Part shown: in pieces, positions 48,783 to 60,201 of the stretch
Layout of the letters: every line of letters begins with the position of its first letter
How positions within the stretch are numbered: position 1 is the first letter of the stretch
Assembly (NCBI GenBank): GCA_963932905.1
Contig: CAWVRN010000013.1
Span: 32,001 to 96,000, forward strand
Origin: an uncultured Bdellovibrio sp.
Lineage (GTDB): Bacteria > Bdellovibrionota > Bdellovibrionia > Bdellovibrionales > Bdellovibrionaceae
Direction of reading: 5' to 3'
Length of the DNA stretch: 64,000 bases
Notes under the pieces: model-generated
Seen by the model: the letters and a program-made list of their open reading frames with translations, nothing else
What the model was told of the DNA's origin: nothing
Database searches by the model: none
Made by a program: the position numbers and the translations under genes

Positions 48783-51443
48783 TTATCTTCTTTTATTATC
48801 CTTTTGTAAACGGCGACGCTGTTCACGGTTCATTTTACCGTCGTCAGCTGGGCCACTACTGTAGGTCATTTTGTTTCTTGGCTTGGTTTCTGGAGCCTCT
48901 AAACCACGACCAATGTCCTGCTCTTGCGGCGACTGATAATTTAATTCACTCAAATCCTGCTCTTCGGGCATGAACGACTCTAGCGCCTCTTGCGCTTGCT
49001 GAGCTACGATTTTAACTTTCATCAATTTTTCAGCGACCTCTTGGCGGATTGACGCATTCAATTGTTCGAACGCCATGAAGGCTTCTTTTTTGTATTCGAT
49101 CAAAGGATCTTTCTGAGCATAACCGCGCAAACCAATACCCTCTTTTAATTTATCGATAACAAGTAAATGTTCTTTCCATTTTGTATCGATACTTTGAAGA
49201 AGAATCATTTTTTGAACTTGATCAAAATACTGACCCATTTCTGTTTTCTGAGTTTCATAAACATGCTTGATCGCAGCTTTTATAGCTTCTGTAATCTGAT
49301 CCGCTGTACCTGCATAGATAGACGGATCTAAACGAATTCCAAAATTTTGTGACAATGATACCGTTAAGCCTTCGACGTTCCACTGATCTCGAGGTGCTCC
49401 TTCTGGCATATTCACATCTAGAACATTAGATGTTACATCACCTAACATTTCTAAAATCGTGGTACCAATCTCGTTTCCTTCTAGAACATTACGACGCATT
49501 TGATAGATCGCATTTCTTTGAATATTCATTACATTGTCGTAGTCGAACAAGTTTTTACGAACATCAAAGTGATGTCCTTCCACTTTCCTTTGTGCGCCTT
49601 CAATTTGTGACGTTACCATTTTAGCTTCGATCGGTTCGTTCTCGTCGATTTTTAGGAATGTCATGGCTTTTTGGATTTTCTCGCCATTGAAAATTCTTAA
49701 TAAGTTATCTTCAAGTGACAAATAGAACCGTGATTCACCCGGATCGCCTTGACGACCAGAACGACCACGCAGCTGATTATCAATACGACGAGATTCATGT
49801 CGTTCTGTACCAATAATATATAAGCCACCGGCGGCAACCACTTCTTTCTTTTCAGCTTCACATTGCGCTTTGTATTTCTTTAGTGCTGCTTCAAACTCAG
49901 GTCCTTCTTCCGCATTCACTTCACGGCGAGCTAAACCTTCCGCATTACCACCCAGTACGATGTCGGTACCACGACCAGCCATGTTCGTTGCGATCGTCAC
50001 AGAACCTTTGCGGCCTGCTTGCGCGACGATTTCAGCTTCGCGTTCGTGATGTTTCGCATTTAGGACTTGGTGACGTACGCCTTCTTTTTTCAAGAATTGG
50101 CTTAATAATTCAGAACGCTCGATACTGATTGTACCGACAAGAATGGGCTGACCATTGTGTTGACGTGACTTGATATCTTCCACAATCGCGCGGAATTTGG
50201 CCATTTCTGTTTTATAAATCACATCGTTCTTATCTTGGCGGGCAATCGGTCGGTGCGTAGGAATAACAGAAACTTCTAAATCATAGATCTTTTTGAACTC
50301 AACCGCTTCTGTATCCGCCGTACCGGTCATACCGGCCAACTTAGAATACATTTTGAAATAATTTTGGAACGTGATCGATGCCAGCGTTTGATTTTCATTT
50401 TTGATTTCAACGCCTTCTTTAGCTTCGATCGCTTGATGAATACCATCGCTCCAGCGACGACCTGGCATTAAACGACCCGTGAATTCATCGACAATAACGA
50501 TTTCGCCATTTTGGATCATGTAGTCCACATCCAGACGATACATGTGATGAGCTTTCAATGCTTGAATCACGTGATGCAGAATCTCGATGTTTTCAGCATC
50601 GTATAGATTGCCTAAGCCTAACAACTGCTCGACTTTTTTATTACCTTCATCGGTTAAAGAAACCGATTTCGATTTTTCTTCCGTTGTGAAGTGTTCTTTA
50701 TCTTTTAACTGAGGAATAATTTTATTAATGATTACGTATTTGTCTGTCGAAGCTTCGGCAGGGCCAGAAATAATCAGCGGCGTACGCGCTTCATCGACCA
50801 AAATGGAATCGCACTCATCCACGATTGCAAAATTATGAGCTTTTTGAACGTAATCATTCAAATCAAATTTCATGTTGTCGCGAAGGTAATCAAAACCAAG
50901 TTCGTTATTTGTCGCGTACGTAATATCGCTAGCGTAAGAAACTTTTCTTTCTTCATCTGTTAAACCGTGCACGATAATTCCGATGGATAAACCCAACCAG
51001 TTGTACAGGCGACCCATCCATTCAGCGTCACGTTTTACTAGGTAATCGTTCACGGAAACAACGTGAACGCCTTTGCCGCTGAGGGCATTTAGATACACTG
51101 GCAACGTCGCCACTAATGTTTTACCTTCACCCGTTCTCATTTCTGAAATACGGCCTTTGTGTAAGCAGTAACCACCGATTAACTGAACGTCGTAGTGGCG
51201 CATACCTAAGCAACGAAGCGAAGCTTCGCGGCAAACCGCAAAGGCTTCTGGCAAAATATCATCTAATGTTTCGCCTTTAGTTAATCTGTCTTTAAACTCA
51301 GGAGTTTTAGCTTTGAGTTGGTCATCCGTTAGAGCCTTGATTTTAGGTTCCCAAGCATTGATCTTATCAACGACAGGTTGGATGGTTTTCATTTCGCGAT
51401 CGTGTTTGGTACCAAAAATGGATTTTAATAAGTTTGCAATCAT
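48783..51443 (-). CDS. secA: Preprotein translocase subunit SecA
   Basis: [23 protein letters not shown] and [13 protein letters not shown] motifs. Confidence 0.99.
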   Translation of the reverse strand: MIANLLKSIFGTKHDREMKTIQPVVDKINAWEPKIKALTDDQLKAKTPEFKDRLTKGETLDDILPEAFAVCREASLRCLGMRHYDVQLIGGYCLHKGRISEMRTGEGKTLVATLPVYLNALSGKGVHVVSVNDYLVKRDAEWMGRLYNWLGLSIGIIVHGLTDEERKVSYASDITYATNNELGFDYLRDNMKFDLNDYVQKAHNFAIVDECDSILVDEARTPLIISGPAEASTDKYVIINKIIPQLKDKEHFTTEEKSKSVSLTDEGNKKVEQLLGLGNLYDAENIEILHHVIQALKAHHMYRLDVDYMIQNGEIVIVDEFTGRLMPGRRWSDGIHQAIEAKEGVEIKNENQTLASITFQNYFKMYSKLAGMTGTADTEAVEFKKIYDLEVSVIPTHRPIARQDKNDVIYKTEMAKFRAIVEDIKSRQHNGQPILVGTISIERSELLSQFLKKEGVRHQVLNAKHHEREAEIVAQAGRKGSVTIATNMAGRGTDIVLGGNAEGLARREVNAEEGPEFEAALKKYKAQCEAEKKEVVAAGGLYIIGTERHESRRIDNQLRGRSGRQGDPGESRFYLSLEDNLLRIFNGEKIQKAMTFLKIDENEPIEAKMVTSQIEGAQRKVEGHHFDVRKNLFDYDNVMNIQRNAIYQMRRNVLEGNEIGTTILEMLGDVTSNVLDVNMPEGAPRDQWNVEGLTVSLSQNFGIRLDPSIYAGTADQITEAIKAAIKHVYETQKTEMGQYFDQVQKMILLQSIDTKWKEHLLVIDKLKEGIGLRGYAQKDPLIEYKKEAFMAFEQLNASIRQEVAEKLMKVKIVAQQAQEALESFMPEEQDLSELNYQSPQEQDIGRGLEAPETKPRNKMTYSSGPADDGKMNREQRRRLQKDNKRR

Positions 51444-51480
51444 GTGAATTAGGATAGACTCCTTAAGTTAAAACAGCAAC

Positions 51481-51942
51481 TTAGATCTGTTTGTACTTAA
51501 TCTGACGGAGCGCCTCGTAGACAGAAACAGCCACTGCCGTCGCCATATTTAGACTTCTGACTAGACCGGGTGTTGGAATGAAAACACTTGTTTCTTCGTT
51601 ATCACGAATGATTTCTGGATTCAGGCCTTTGGATTCTTTGCCAAATACTAAAAAATCGCCTTTTTGAAAGGAAAAATCATAAATTGAGTTTTTGGCGTGG
51701 GCGGAAAAATAAACTTTTCGCCCGTGCGGCAACTGGGACAAAGAATCCAGTGTCGTCCACTGCAAATGTTGCCAATAATCCAAACCGGCGCGTTTTAATT
51801 TCGCGTCGGTGATTTCAAATCCCATAGGTTTTATCAATGTTAAAGACGTCTCGGTGGCCACACAGGTGCGGCCTACGTTGCCGGTATTATTAGGTATTTC
51901 CGGCTCGACAAGAACAATATGAAGAAGTGGATTATAAGTAAC
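51481..51942 (-). CDS. trmL: tRNA (cytidine/uridine 34-2'-O)-methyltransferase; start uncertain
   Basis: LHIVLVEPEIPNNTGNVGRTC is in frame upstream of the ORF-track start; KRAGLDYW, FGKES and RSLN motifs. Confidence 0.9.
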   Translation of the reverse strand, partial: VTYNPLLHIVLVEPEIPNNTGNVGRTCVATETSLTLIKPMGFEITDAKLKRAGLDYWQHLQWTTLDSLSQLPHGRKVYFSAHAKNSIYDFSFQKGDFLVFGKESKGLNPEIIRDNEETSVFIPTPGLVRSLNMATAVAVSVYEALRQIKYKQI

Positions 51943-52525
51943 GGTAAACTTCCTGACCTAATTTAGTAAGCGCAATTCGGCGACCTTTATCGATCACCAG
52001 TTCCAAGTTCATCAATTCACGATAAAGAGCTAAATCAATAGGCACAATATCGCGGCCCGAACTTTTGCCTAATTTTTGGATATAATTACGCTGTCGTTCG
52101 TTCAATTTTTTTGGGATCGGTGGCTTTTCTGAAAGGGCCTTTTGCCAGTCACCATTTTCGATATATTTTACATCCGAGCTTAATTTTTCTGGATTCAGAA
52201 AATAAACGTGAGCGTCGACGGAACCTGACTCTGCTTGAACCGACACTAACTCTTTAAGAGTCAGCCCCTGAGCCGGATTCTGAGCAAAATAGCCCATTAA
52301 TTCATCAACTAAATGCGCCGTTAGATCGGTCGTATTCAAACGCACTAAGGTACCCTGAACAACATCAGCCCCTTGCTTTACAAGCACAGGAAAGCCGATT
52401 TTTGAGCGATAAACAGCCGCCTGAATCGTTGCCGATTCAGTTGAAACAATAAGATTTTGTATTTTACCTAAGAAGAAATCCCCATCTGCCAAAGAAGTGC
52501 ACAGAAATATAGAATTTGTAGACAT
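51932..52525 (-). CDS. Gamma-glutamylcyclotransferase-like protein
   Basis: GFPVLV...VQGTL...AHVYFLN...IENGDW pattern. Confidence 0.6.
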   Translation of the reverse strand: MSTNSIFLCTSLADGDFFLGKIQNLIVSTESATIQAAVYRSKIGFPVLVKQGADVVQGTLVRLNTTDLTAHLVDELMGYFAQNPAQGLTLKELVSVQAESGSVDAHVYFLNPEKLSSDVKYIENGDWQKALSEKPPIPKKLNERQRNYIQKLGKSSGRDIVPIDLALYRELMNLELVIDKGRRIALTKLGQEVYRYL

Positions 52526-52686
52526 AATTCCCCTCCAATTATTACTCCAAATTGCGAAGGCTGGTAGATACCAAAGACCTTCAGAATGCGCAAGCGACGA
52601 GAATTATCGTTTTGCGTTATGTGAAATATTTCTTAGTCTAAGACAAAAATTGTTTGCTATTACTTTGAGTACTTAACGGGGTAATT

Positions 52687-53085
52687 ATGAGTGAAGATAC
52701 AATAGATTTTATGGGTTATATGTGGATCCAAAAAGAAGACGGCGTCGTGACCGTTGGGATTAACGAAGAAGGCCTACAAGACTTCGACGAAATCACATCT
52801 ATTGAACTTCCTTCAGAAAATGACAAAGTCGAAGCCGATACTGTGATCGGTACAATCGAAACCGATGACGGTCCACTGGACATTTATTCACCTGTTGACG
52901 GCACTATTTTAGAAATCAATCCTCAAGTTCTTGAAAACCCATCATTAATCCAAGATGACCCGTTTGAAGAAGGCTGGTTATTGCGTATCGAAACAACAGA
53001 CGACATCGATGAAGATGACGAAGATTTTGACGATGAAGACGAAGATGATGAGGACGACGAGGATTCTGAAGAGGAAGAAGAATAG
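52687..53085 (+). CDS. Glycine cleavage H-like protein lacking the lipoyl-Lys, with an acidic tail
   Basis: VTVGI, IELP, IETDDGPLDIYSPVDG and NP...DPFEEGWL. Confidence 0.8.
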   Translation: MSEDTIDFMGYMWIQKEDGVVTVGINEEGLQDFDEITSIELPSENDKVEADTVIGTIETDDGPLDIYSPVDGTILEINPQVLENPSLIQDDPFEEGWLLRIETTDDIDEDDEDFDDEDEDDEDDEDSEEEEE

Positions 53086-53095
53086 TTAGTTCTTC

Positions 53096-53998
53096 GTGAC
53101 ACCGTCTAGATCGTCCGCTCAAAATATTTTCCTATTCGCACTGTGTTCTTTGATTTGGGGATCCACCTATTTTGTTATCACTATACAAATTAGCCAGGCA
53201 CCTCCACTGGTCACCGTTTTTTGGCGATTCGTAGTTTCTACGATCATTATGTTCACCTACCTGAAATGGTCTAAGCAAAATTTAAAATTTAGTCCCAAAA
53301 CGCATTTTTGGTTTTTCCTTCAAGGTATTTTTAATTTTTCTATCAATTACATGCTTACCTATAACGCCGAAACATTTATTAAGTCCGGCGTTCTGGCTAT
53401 CGCTTTTACCACGATGGTTTATTTTAATATTATTTTCTCGTGGGTGTTTTTCAAGAAATCAGTTTCGATGAAAGTTGTTGCGGGATCGGTCCTTGGTGGT
53501 CTTGGAATTTTACTGATTTTCAAAGACGATTTATTTATTTCCTCTTCGACTAACGAAATTTTGGGAATGGGCCTAGGTTTGTGTGCTGCCTTATCCGCAT
53601 CTACTGGAAATATGATTTCCGTAAGAAATATTCAAAAAGGTGTCAGCATCAGTACGGCGAACACGTTTAGCCTGTTGTATGGAACTTTGTTTACGGGTTT
53701 AGTTGTCTTAATCACTGGCTTATCTTGGTCCGTTCCTTTGAATCCGAGTTTCATCGGCAGTTTATTTTACTTAAGTATTTTGGGCACTGTCGTGGCATTC
53801 GCGGCTTACAATACGCTGCTAAAAACTTTAGGCGCCGATAAAGCCGCCTACACCACGATTATTTCGCCGATTCTAGCGATTTTATTATCGTATGCATTTG
53901 AAGGTTTGAAATTAGGACCGACGATGCTATTTGGAATCGGTCTTTGTTTAGCGGGAAATATTTTGGTTCTGTATAAACCAAAAATCGCTGCCGCCTAG
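53096..53998 (+). CDS. DMT/EamA family transporter
   Basis: IWGST motif and about 10 TM helices. Confidence 0.9.
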   Translation: MTPSRSSAQNIFLFALCSLIWGSTYFVITIQISQAPPLVTVFWRFVVSTIIMFTYLKWSKQNLKFSPKTHFWFFLQGIFNFSINYMLTYNAETFIKSGVLAIAFTTMVYFNIIFSWVFFKKSVSMKVVAGSVLGGLGILLIFKDDLFISSSTNEILGMGLGLCAALSASTGNMISVRNIQKGVSISTANTFSLLYGTLFTGLVVLITGLSWSVPLNPSFIGSLFYLSILGTVVAFAAYNTLLKTLGADKAAYTTIISPILAILLSYAFEGLKLGPTMLFGIGLCLAGNILVLYKPKIAAA

Positions 53999-53999
53999 T

Positions 54000-55856
54000 T
54001 TAATCTAGGCCCATTCGTTTTCGAAACGAATCAATCGGTTTCGAGGACATTTTGTCGACATACGTGGTACCAAGAAATAAATAGTCCGATAACGAGCAGT
54101 AGCCGTATAAGTTATCTTCGCAGCCTTTATGTAGTTGCAACCGATCTGAGGCATTCGTTACAAATCGCCTATCGCTGTATGATAATTTACCGAAGCCTTC
54201 AGTCACCTCTTTATGTGCTGTGCGCAGACTGGCATCCATAGTGGACGTTGAAAGCTTTGTTATGTCTGGTGAAAGTGGATCACATATTGGTTTCACGCCG
54301 TCACCGCAGATTCGAATAGCGTTGTTAACGATTTCGATTCGATAGCGCCAAACGAATAAAAAGAAAGACGCTTTCAACAAAACTGATTGCCGAGTATTTA
54401 AATTTTCTAATCCCCAGCGCTGCTCGAACGAAACACTTGGGTCCGATGACATACGATCAGAAATTCCGTTCGCGTTAAAAATATAATCCGCAGCAGTTAC
54501 AGGCACACCGTTTCTTCCCACAAACAGGTCAGTCTTGAACGTAGAAATTAGATCGGATTGTTCGTACGGAGTCAGATAATCAAACAATCGCAACAGTTGA
54601 TCCCGTTTTTCACGAAAACGTTTATCTTTACTGGGTGTGGAGTATTGATCAAATACGGCGCCTTGAGGATCACAGAATTGATAGTAGCAAAAAATAGTCC
54701 CTTGCGCGGTGATCGACATTCGATCATTTAAATCATGGGATAGTGAATTTGCCAGTGAGTATGCTTTTTTGTAAGGCTCAACTTTGAATCCCAGTGATTC
54801 ATATACGTAATTGTTGAACTCATCGAACGACATCCCGGATTGGCCGTATTGTTCCAGCGAATAACCTGGCATGCTGGTCTTTGGCGTTAATTGCCACTTG
54901 CCGTTTTTTAATAGCGGCCAGCGCCATCTTAAAAAACCACCACCTGCTGGTTCATGATAACGAATATCGGCTTGAGTTTTATACGCGTACTCACGCGACG
55001 GTTCGTTGCCGTACAATACCGAAATACATTCAGCACCGCAGTAGTTTTGCATCCCCACATCATAGACGACTTGCGTGTGGCCTGTGTTTCCCGATCGTAA
55101 AGTCAGAATGATAGCACCTGGAGTTACATAGTCTTTGCTGATTTTGGTCGGGTACAAATCGTTAAAAATACTATGCGTGTAGGTAGAATCAAAAAGATAG
55201 CGCATGGCTGCTTTGAATCGCTCGTCCTTTTTCCAATCTTCATTCGTGGGTAAATTACTCCAATTTTTAGATTCGCTGAAGTGGCCAAATAATTTTCCTG
55301 AGCCCGCAAGGGACGTCATCATTGGTAGTTTATTATCGTGAGCATAGATCCAGCGACCCAGTAACCCAAAATCGGCACAATCAAATTCCAGGCCCGCACC
55401 GACGGCCATTGTCGTCGACGCATTTTTTTTAAACCAGGCTGCAAATTTATTTTCGTCGACTTCGGTCCAATCATTTTTTACCGGCACCCACAATGGTGTC
55501 GGAGTCTTGTTTAATTTCACCTCATTTTCTTGAGCACGATAATAAGAACTGGATCTGGTCTTTAGGTCTTTTAAGTAGCGGAAATAATTTACTTTCGTCT
55601 GAATTTGTCCTGCAGTTAGATTTACCAAAGTCGATTTCTCAACGACCACTTGAGTCGTCAATCTCTGTGACACATCTTTCATAGGATTTTCGACAACCAG
55701 CAAGGTTGCGCGTTTGTCTTGCTCTTCAAGGATAATCCAACGTTGCCATTTATTTCCTTGAGGATCGGTGTATTGAGTTTGAAATTGTTTAGCAAAAGCA
55801 GGAGAAATAAATAAACAAGCGGATAGAACGAAAAATACAATAGCGCGATTTATCAT
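54000..55856 (-). CDS. Secreted hypothetical protein
   Basis: Signal peptide ending AFA; 618 aa; DCAD and GHT motifs. Confidence 0.7.
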   Translation of the reverse strand: MINRAIVFFVLSACLFISPAFAKQFQTQYTDPQGNKWQRWIILEEQDKRATLLVVENPMKDVSQRLTTQVVVEKSTLVNLTAGQIQTKVNYFRYLKDLKTRSSSYYRAQENEVKLNKTPTPLWVPVKNDWTEVDENKFAAWFKKNASTTMAVGAGLEFDCADFGLLGRWIYAHDNKLPMMTSLAGSGKLFGHFSESKNWSNLPTNEDWKKDERFKAAMRYLFDSTYTHSIFNDLYPTKISKDYVTPGAIILTLRSGNTGHTQVVYDVGMQNYCGAECISVLYGNEPSREYAYKTQADIRYHEPAGGGFLRWRWPLLKNGKWQLTPKTSMPGYSLEQYGQSGMSFDEFNNYVYESLGFKVEPYKKAYSLANSLSHDLNDRMSITAQGTIFCYYQFCDPQGAVFDQYSTPSKDKRFREKRDQLLRLFDYLTPYEQSDLISTFKTDLFVGRNGVPVTAADYIFNANGISDRMSSDPSVSFEQRWGLENLNTRQSVLLKASFFLFVWRYRIEIVNNAIRICGDGVKPICDPLSPDITKLSTSTMDASLRTAHKEVTEGFGKLSYSDRRFVTNASDRLQLHKGCEDNLYGYCSLSDYLFLGTTYVDKMSSKPIDSFRKRMGLD

Positions 55857-56140
55857 AAATTTTTCCTTAGCAATAATAAAACTCTTCGGTTTTCCGTTAG
55901 TTAACTGCTGAGGACCGGTACTTTTTTTAGACTTTAAAATAGAAGCGTTATGTTACTTATTTTTGTTCTTTGAAAACAGAAAGTCCTAGACCTAGCCAAT
56001 CTCCTTAATACGCGGTCGTGGCTAGTTAAATTCTATGTAAAATAGAGAAAAACATTTTTTTTCTCGCGAGTTGCTAATTCAATGTCGGCGCGGTAAAAAA
56101 AAATGTTCCTAAACTAATTTTTTCAAAAGGTTGGCGTTTT

Positions 56141-58657
56141 TTGGAAAACTTCCTCGACTCAAATTTTTCAAATGAGTTATTTTCAAAAGCTGGGGCGAAC
56201 TATAGCCAAAATGCCATCCATCATTTAGCTGACTCACTGCCATTGATTGTGTGGATGGCCGATGATCAAGGCAATATCGACTATGTTAATAAGGCATACC
56301 TAAATTTTACCGGCATCCACTCGTCGCCGACGACACAGTCTTTCTGGATTAATACTATTCACGAAAATGACCGCATCGAATCGTACTCGCACTGGACAAA
56401 ATCGGTGGCCAACGGTGAATCGTTTGAAAAAGAATTCCGTATCAAACGCTTTGATGGCACTTACGTTTGGTTTTTGTGGCGAGCCTCTGCCACGTTAGAT
56501 TCCGCTGGTAATATTTCAAGATGGATTGGAACTGCCACGGAAATTGAAAAACAAAAACAGCTACTAAATAGCCTGCAACGTTCCCAACATCAGCTAGAAG
56601 TTATTTTAGAAGGAGTCACTGATGGCGTGACTGTATTTGATCGTGACGGCAAATGCATCTATGCCAATTCAATCGGTGCGAAAATGTGTGGCTTCACATC
56701 CGCAGAAGAAATGCTGACGACTCCGACGGACGGTATTTCTGATCTCTATTTTATTTTTGACGAACAGGGACAACCTTTCCCTGCGGAACGTTTGCCAGGA
56801 CGATTAGCATTAAAAGGCGTAAAAAATCCTCCAGAGGCCGTGTTACAAATTGAATTGAAGTCGTCGGGGAAAAAAACCTGGTCCATCGTGAGTGCGGCAC
56901 CTGTATTTGATGACAACGGCGAAGTTCTGTACGCCGTTTCTATTTTCCGCGATTTTACAGTCCACAAAGAAAATGAAAACTCGCTTAAGAGCCGCGAATC
57001 TGCATTTCGTCTGATTGCTGAAACAGGAATAATTTTAAATTCATCTTTGGATTATTTGGTCACGCTTCGAAAACTGTGCGAACTGATTGTACCACTGATG
57101 GCAGATTGGTGCCTGATCGATATTATTGCTGATCCAAAAAAACCTAAAACAATTATCTGGCACTGGAGCCCCGACAAACGCAGCTGGGCAGACTCTTACC
57201 TGGAAAAATACCGCTCGGACTGGCGTTCATCTGCGGGTACGACTCGAGTAATTAGTACCGGCAAATCGGAACTGCATGAATCGATTTCTAACGAAGTGCT
57301 AGAAGCGTCGATAAACAATCGCGAGCAACTAAAAGAGTTAAAAAAACTCGGCATGAGTTCCGTCATGGTTGTCCCCCTTGCCGCCAACGACACGATTTTG
57401 GGTGCCATATCTTTTGTCGCATCAGAATCAAAACGAAGGTTTACGTCGTTTGATTTAACATTGGCAGAAGATATCGGTCGCCGTGCCGGGCTGGCCATCG
57501 ATAAATCTCTTTTGTATGAACGTGAAAAATATGCGCGTGAGCAGGCCGAGAATGCAAATAATTCAAAATCGACGTTCTTAGCGAATATGTCCCATGAAAT
57601 TCGCACACCGCTGAATGCATTAATAGGGTTTAACGAATTGTTGCGATCTAATTCGCTAAATCAATATGAACGCGCTGAATACCATAATATCATTCAGCGT
57701 AATGGTGAATTGCTCCTGCATTTGATCGACGACATTTTAGATTTGTCCAAAGTGGAAGCCGGCCACTTGGCTCTGGAAACAGTGCAAATCTCTTTGATGG
57801 ACTTGTTGAGCGAGATGAAATCGTTCAAAACCGCGAAAGCCTCAGCCAAAGGCTTGAAGTTCATCATGGACGTCGCAGAAAATGTTCCTGATAAATTCGT
57901 TACCGATCCCCTTCGATTAAAACAAATCTTAAACAATATCATTGGCAATGCGATTAAGTTCACAATGGAAGGCCACGTGAAAGTGAGCGTAAAATTGAAC
58001 GAAAGCCAGCAACGGCTGATAATTAGTGTTTCAGACACCGGAATCGGTATTGCACCAGAAGATCGTGAAAAACTATTTCAACCCTTCAGCCAAGCCGATG
58101 CCTCAGTCACTCGGAAATATGGTGGCACCGGTTTAGGATTGATTCTTTCTAAACGTTTAGCCCAGCGATTAGGCGGCGATTTGGTTTTAAAAGACACCAA
58201 TGCCTCAGAAGGAGCAACTTTTATTATAGAAATTGCCTCTAACTTGACGGCTAATTCAACTGTGGAATCTGTGGTGACCTTGCCAGAAAAATCGATCGAA
58301 AATATTAAAATCCTAGTGGTGGATGATTCTGTTGATAACCAAGTATTGATGGAACACATTCTAAAATCGCGCGGCGCTATAGTCGATACGGCCGACAACG
58401 GTAAATCGGGAATGAATAAGGCGCTAGCGAATGAATATGACATTGTCCTGATGGACGTGCAGATGCCAGTGCTGGATGGACACTCGGCGACTCGCATTTT
58501 GCGCGAGAGAGGCTACACCCGCCCAATTATTGGTCTTACGGCGCATGCCATGCAAGATGACCGTCGTCGCTGTCTAGAAGCTGGCTGCACCGACTATTTA
58601 ACTAAACCGATTCGCACAGATATGTTGATTCAAACGATTAGTCGTCATATCAATTAA
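56141..58657 (+). CDS. Cytoplasmic hybrid histidine kinase (PAS-PAS-GAF-HisKA-HATPase-REC)
   Basis: FLANMSHEIRTPL, GGTGLGL, VVDD, LMDVQMP and LTKP motifs. Confidence 0.95.
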   Translation: MENFLDSNFSNELFSKAGANYSQNAIHHLADSLPLIVWMADDQGNIDYVNKAYLNFTGIHSSPTTQSFWINTIHENDRIESYSHWTKSVANGESFEKEFRIKRFDGTYVWFLWRASATLDSAGNISRWIGTATEIEKQKQLLNSLQRSQHQLEVILEGVTDGVTVFDRDGKCIYANSIGAKMCGFTSAEEMLTTPTDGISDLYFIFDEQGQPFPAERLPGRLALKGVKNPPEAVLQIELKSSGKKTWSIVSAAPVFDDNGEVLYAVSIFRDFTVHKENENSLKSRESAFRLIAETGIILNSSLDYLVTLRKLCELIVPLMADWCLIDIIADPKKPKTIIWHWSPDKRSWADSYLEKYRSDWRSSAGTTRVISTGKSELHESISNEVLEASINNREQLKELKKLGMSSVMVVPLAANDTILGAISFVASESKRRFTSFDLTLAEDIGRRAGLAIDKSLLYEREKYAREQAENANNSKSTFLANMSHEIRTPLNALIGFNELLRSNSLNQYERAEYHNIIQRNGELLLHLIDDILDLSKVEAGHLALETVQISLMDLLSEMKSFKTAKASAKGLKFIMDVAENVPDKFVTDPLRLKQILNNIIGNAIKFTMEGHVKVSVKLNESQQRLIISVSDTGIGIAPEDREKLFQPFSQADASVTRKYGGTGLGLILSKRLAQRLGGDLVLKDTNASEGATFIIEIASNLTANSTVESVVTLPEKSIENIKILVVDDSVDNQVLMEHILKSRGAIVDTADNGKSGMNKALANEYDIVLMDVQMPVLDGHSATRILRERGYTRPIIGLTAHAMQDDRRRCLEAGCTDYLTKPIRTDMLIQTISRHIN

Positions 58658-58659
58658 GA

Positions 58660-59562
58660 ATGGGCGGAAATCATCATCATCATCATGGACATTCCCACGG
58701 ATCAGCAAGTTCACGTATGGGCGTTGCCTTTTTCCTGAACCTTGCATTTGCTATAATTGAACTTGTCGGCGGACTTTACACAAATAGTTTAGCTATTTTA
58801 TCTGATGCCTTTCACGATTTAGGCGACGCTTTAGCGATTGCACTAGCGTGGTTTTTAGAAAAAAAATCGCGCAAAGGTAGTACACTAGAATTTTCCTACG
58901 GCTATCGCCGTTTAAGCGTGCTAGGTGCGTTGATTACGGGACTAATCTTGATGAGCGGTTCTGGAATTATTTTGGCACGGGCGGTTCCACGATTATTTAG
59001 TCCGGAGACTACTAACGTTAAAGGGATGCTTTTGTTAGCGATTCTTGGTTTATCCGTAAACGGATTCGCAGCCTTTCGTATGTCAAAAGGAACATCGCTA
59101 AACGAAAAGATGATTCTGTGGCATTTGCTTGAAGACGTCATGGGTTGGCTGGCCATTTTTGCTGGTTCAATCGTAATGATGTTCTATGATTTACCGATTT
59201 TAGATCCCATCATGGCGATTGGGATCGCAATTTGGGTACTGTGGAATGTGTTTAAAAATTTAAAGACAACGTTGAATGTATTCCTACAAGCAACTCCCGA
59301 TAATGTTCAAATTGAAGCCGTCACTGAAAAAATTAAACAAACACCGCCAGTGAAAAGTGTGCACCATTTGCATTTATGGTCAATGGACGGTGATCATCAT
59401 ATATTAACGACTCATTTGGTAGTGGATGAAAATACGACTCGCGATGAGGTTCATCAATTAAAGATAGATTTGAAAAAAACGTTGATGAAAGAGTTTCATA
59501 TCACAGAAGCCACCATCGAAGTCGAATGGCCGAATCAGTCGTGCACGGATCCAATACACTAA
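58660..59562 (+). CDS. Cation diffusion facilitator (CzcD/ZitB-like)
   Basis: His-rich N-terminus; LSDAFHD, SYGYRR and HLLED motifs. Confidence 0.93.
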   Translation: MGGNHHHHHGHSHGSASSRMGVAFFLNLAFAIIELVGGLYTNSLAILSDAFHDLGDALAIALAWFLEKKSRKGSTLEFSYGYRRLSVLGALITGLILMSGSGIILARAVPRLFSPETTNVKGMLLLAILGLSVNGFAAFRMSKGTSLNEKMILWHLLEDVMGWLAIFAGSIVMMFYDLPILDPIMAIGIAIWVLWNVFKNLKTTLNVFLQATPDNVQIEAVTEKIKQTPPVKSVHHLHLWSMDGDHHILTTHLVVDENTTRDEVHQLKIDLKKTLMKEFHITEATIEVEWPNQSCTDPIH

Positions 59563-59712
59563 CCACGAACTATTCTAAATTACGAATAAATCCTTCTAGA
59601 GTTTCTTGAAACTCGTAAAACGGACAAAGGCCAGAAAGACTTTGTAACGAAGTTTATCGCTGTTAAGAAAGTTACTAGGTCACGAAATGACCCTAAAATG
59701 CAGTTCTCATAA

Positions 59713-60081
59713 CTACATCTTGGGCGGTATTTTTTTTAAAACTAACTTAAATTTATGTTTTCTTATCACGGAGATTACGAAAAACGTGATTAACATCAAA
59801 AACAAATAAGCACCCAATAGACCTATTTTCAAAAATGATTCTATCATATTCTCAATTTCATAAGAAATGCCACACACGTCACCGACTGAATCTGTTCCTC
59901 GGTATTCAAAAACTAGTACCACGTAAATAGCATAAGCAACAGTAACCAAACCTAAATAGAAAAATCCCTCAGAGGTTTCAGTCTTGAAAGTTTCATGGGG
60001 CACTTTTCTATCCTGGATAGGTTTCCATAGAAAATAGAAAATCTGAACCACAAGGCCGGCGGCAAATAGAATTCCAAGCAT
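59713..60081 (-). CDS. Small membrane hypothetical protein
   Basis: Three hydrophobic segments. Confidence 0.45.
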   Translation of the reverse strand: MLGILFAAGLVVQIFYFLWKPIQDRKVPHETFKTETSEGFFYLGLVTVAYAIYVVLVFEYRGTDSVGDVCGISYEIENMIESFLKIGLLGAYLFLMLITFFVISVIRKHKFKLVLKKIPPKM

Positions 60082-60201
60082 AAGTGCTTATTCGGCTTTT
60101 CCGACTTTTTAATTAATAGGACTATGTCTCAAAATAAGAATTCCAGCCACGCCCGAGGTGTTTCCACCCAGGGTTTCGTTAAGTTCTATTATATTCTAAA
60201 A

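Noticed and set aside
56746..58497. Several minus-strand ORFs of 73-139 aa
   Set aside because: Antisense shadows of the hybrid kinase; the same applies to most short nested ORFs in the track
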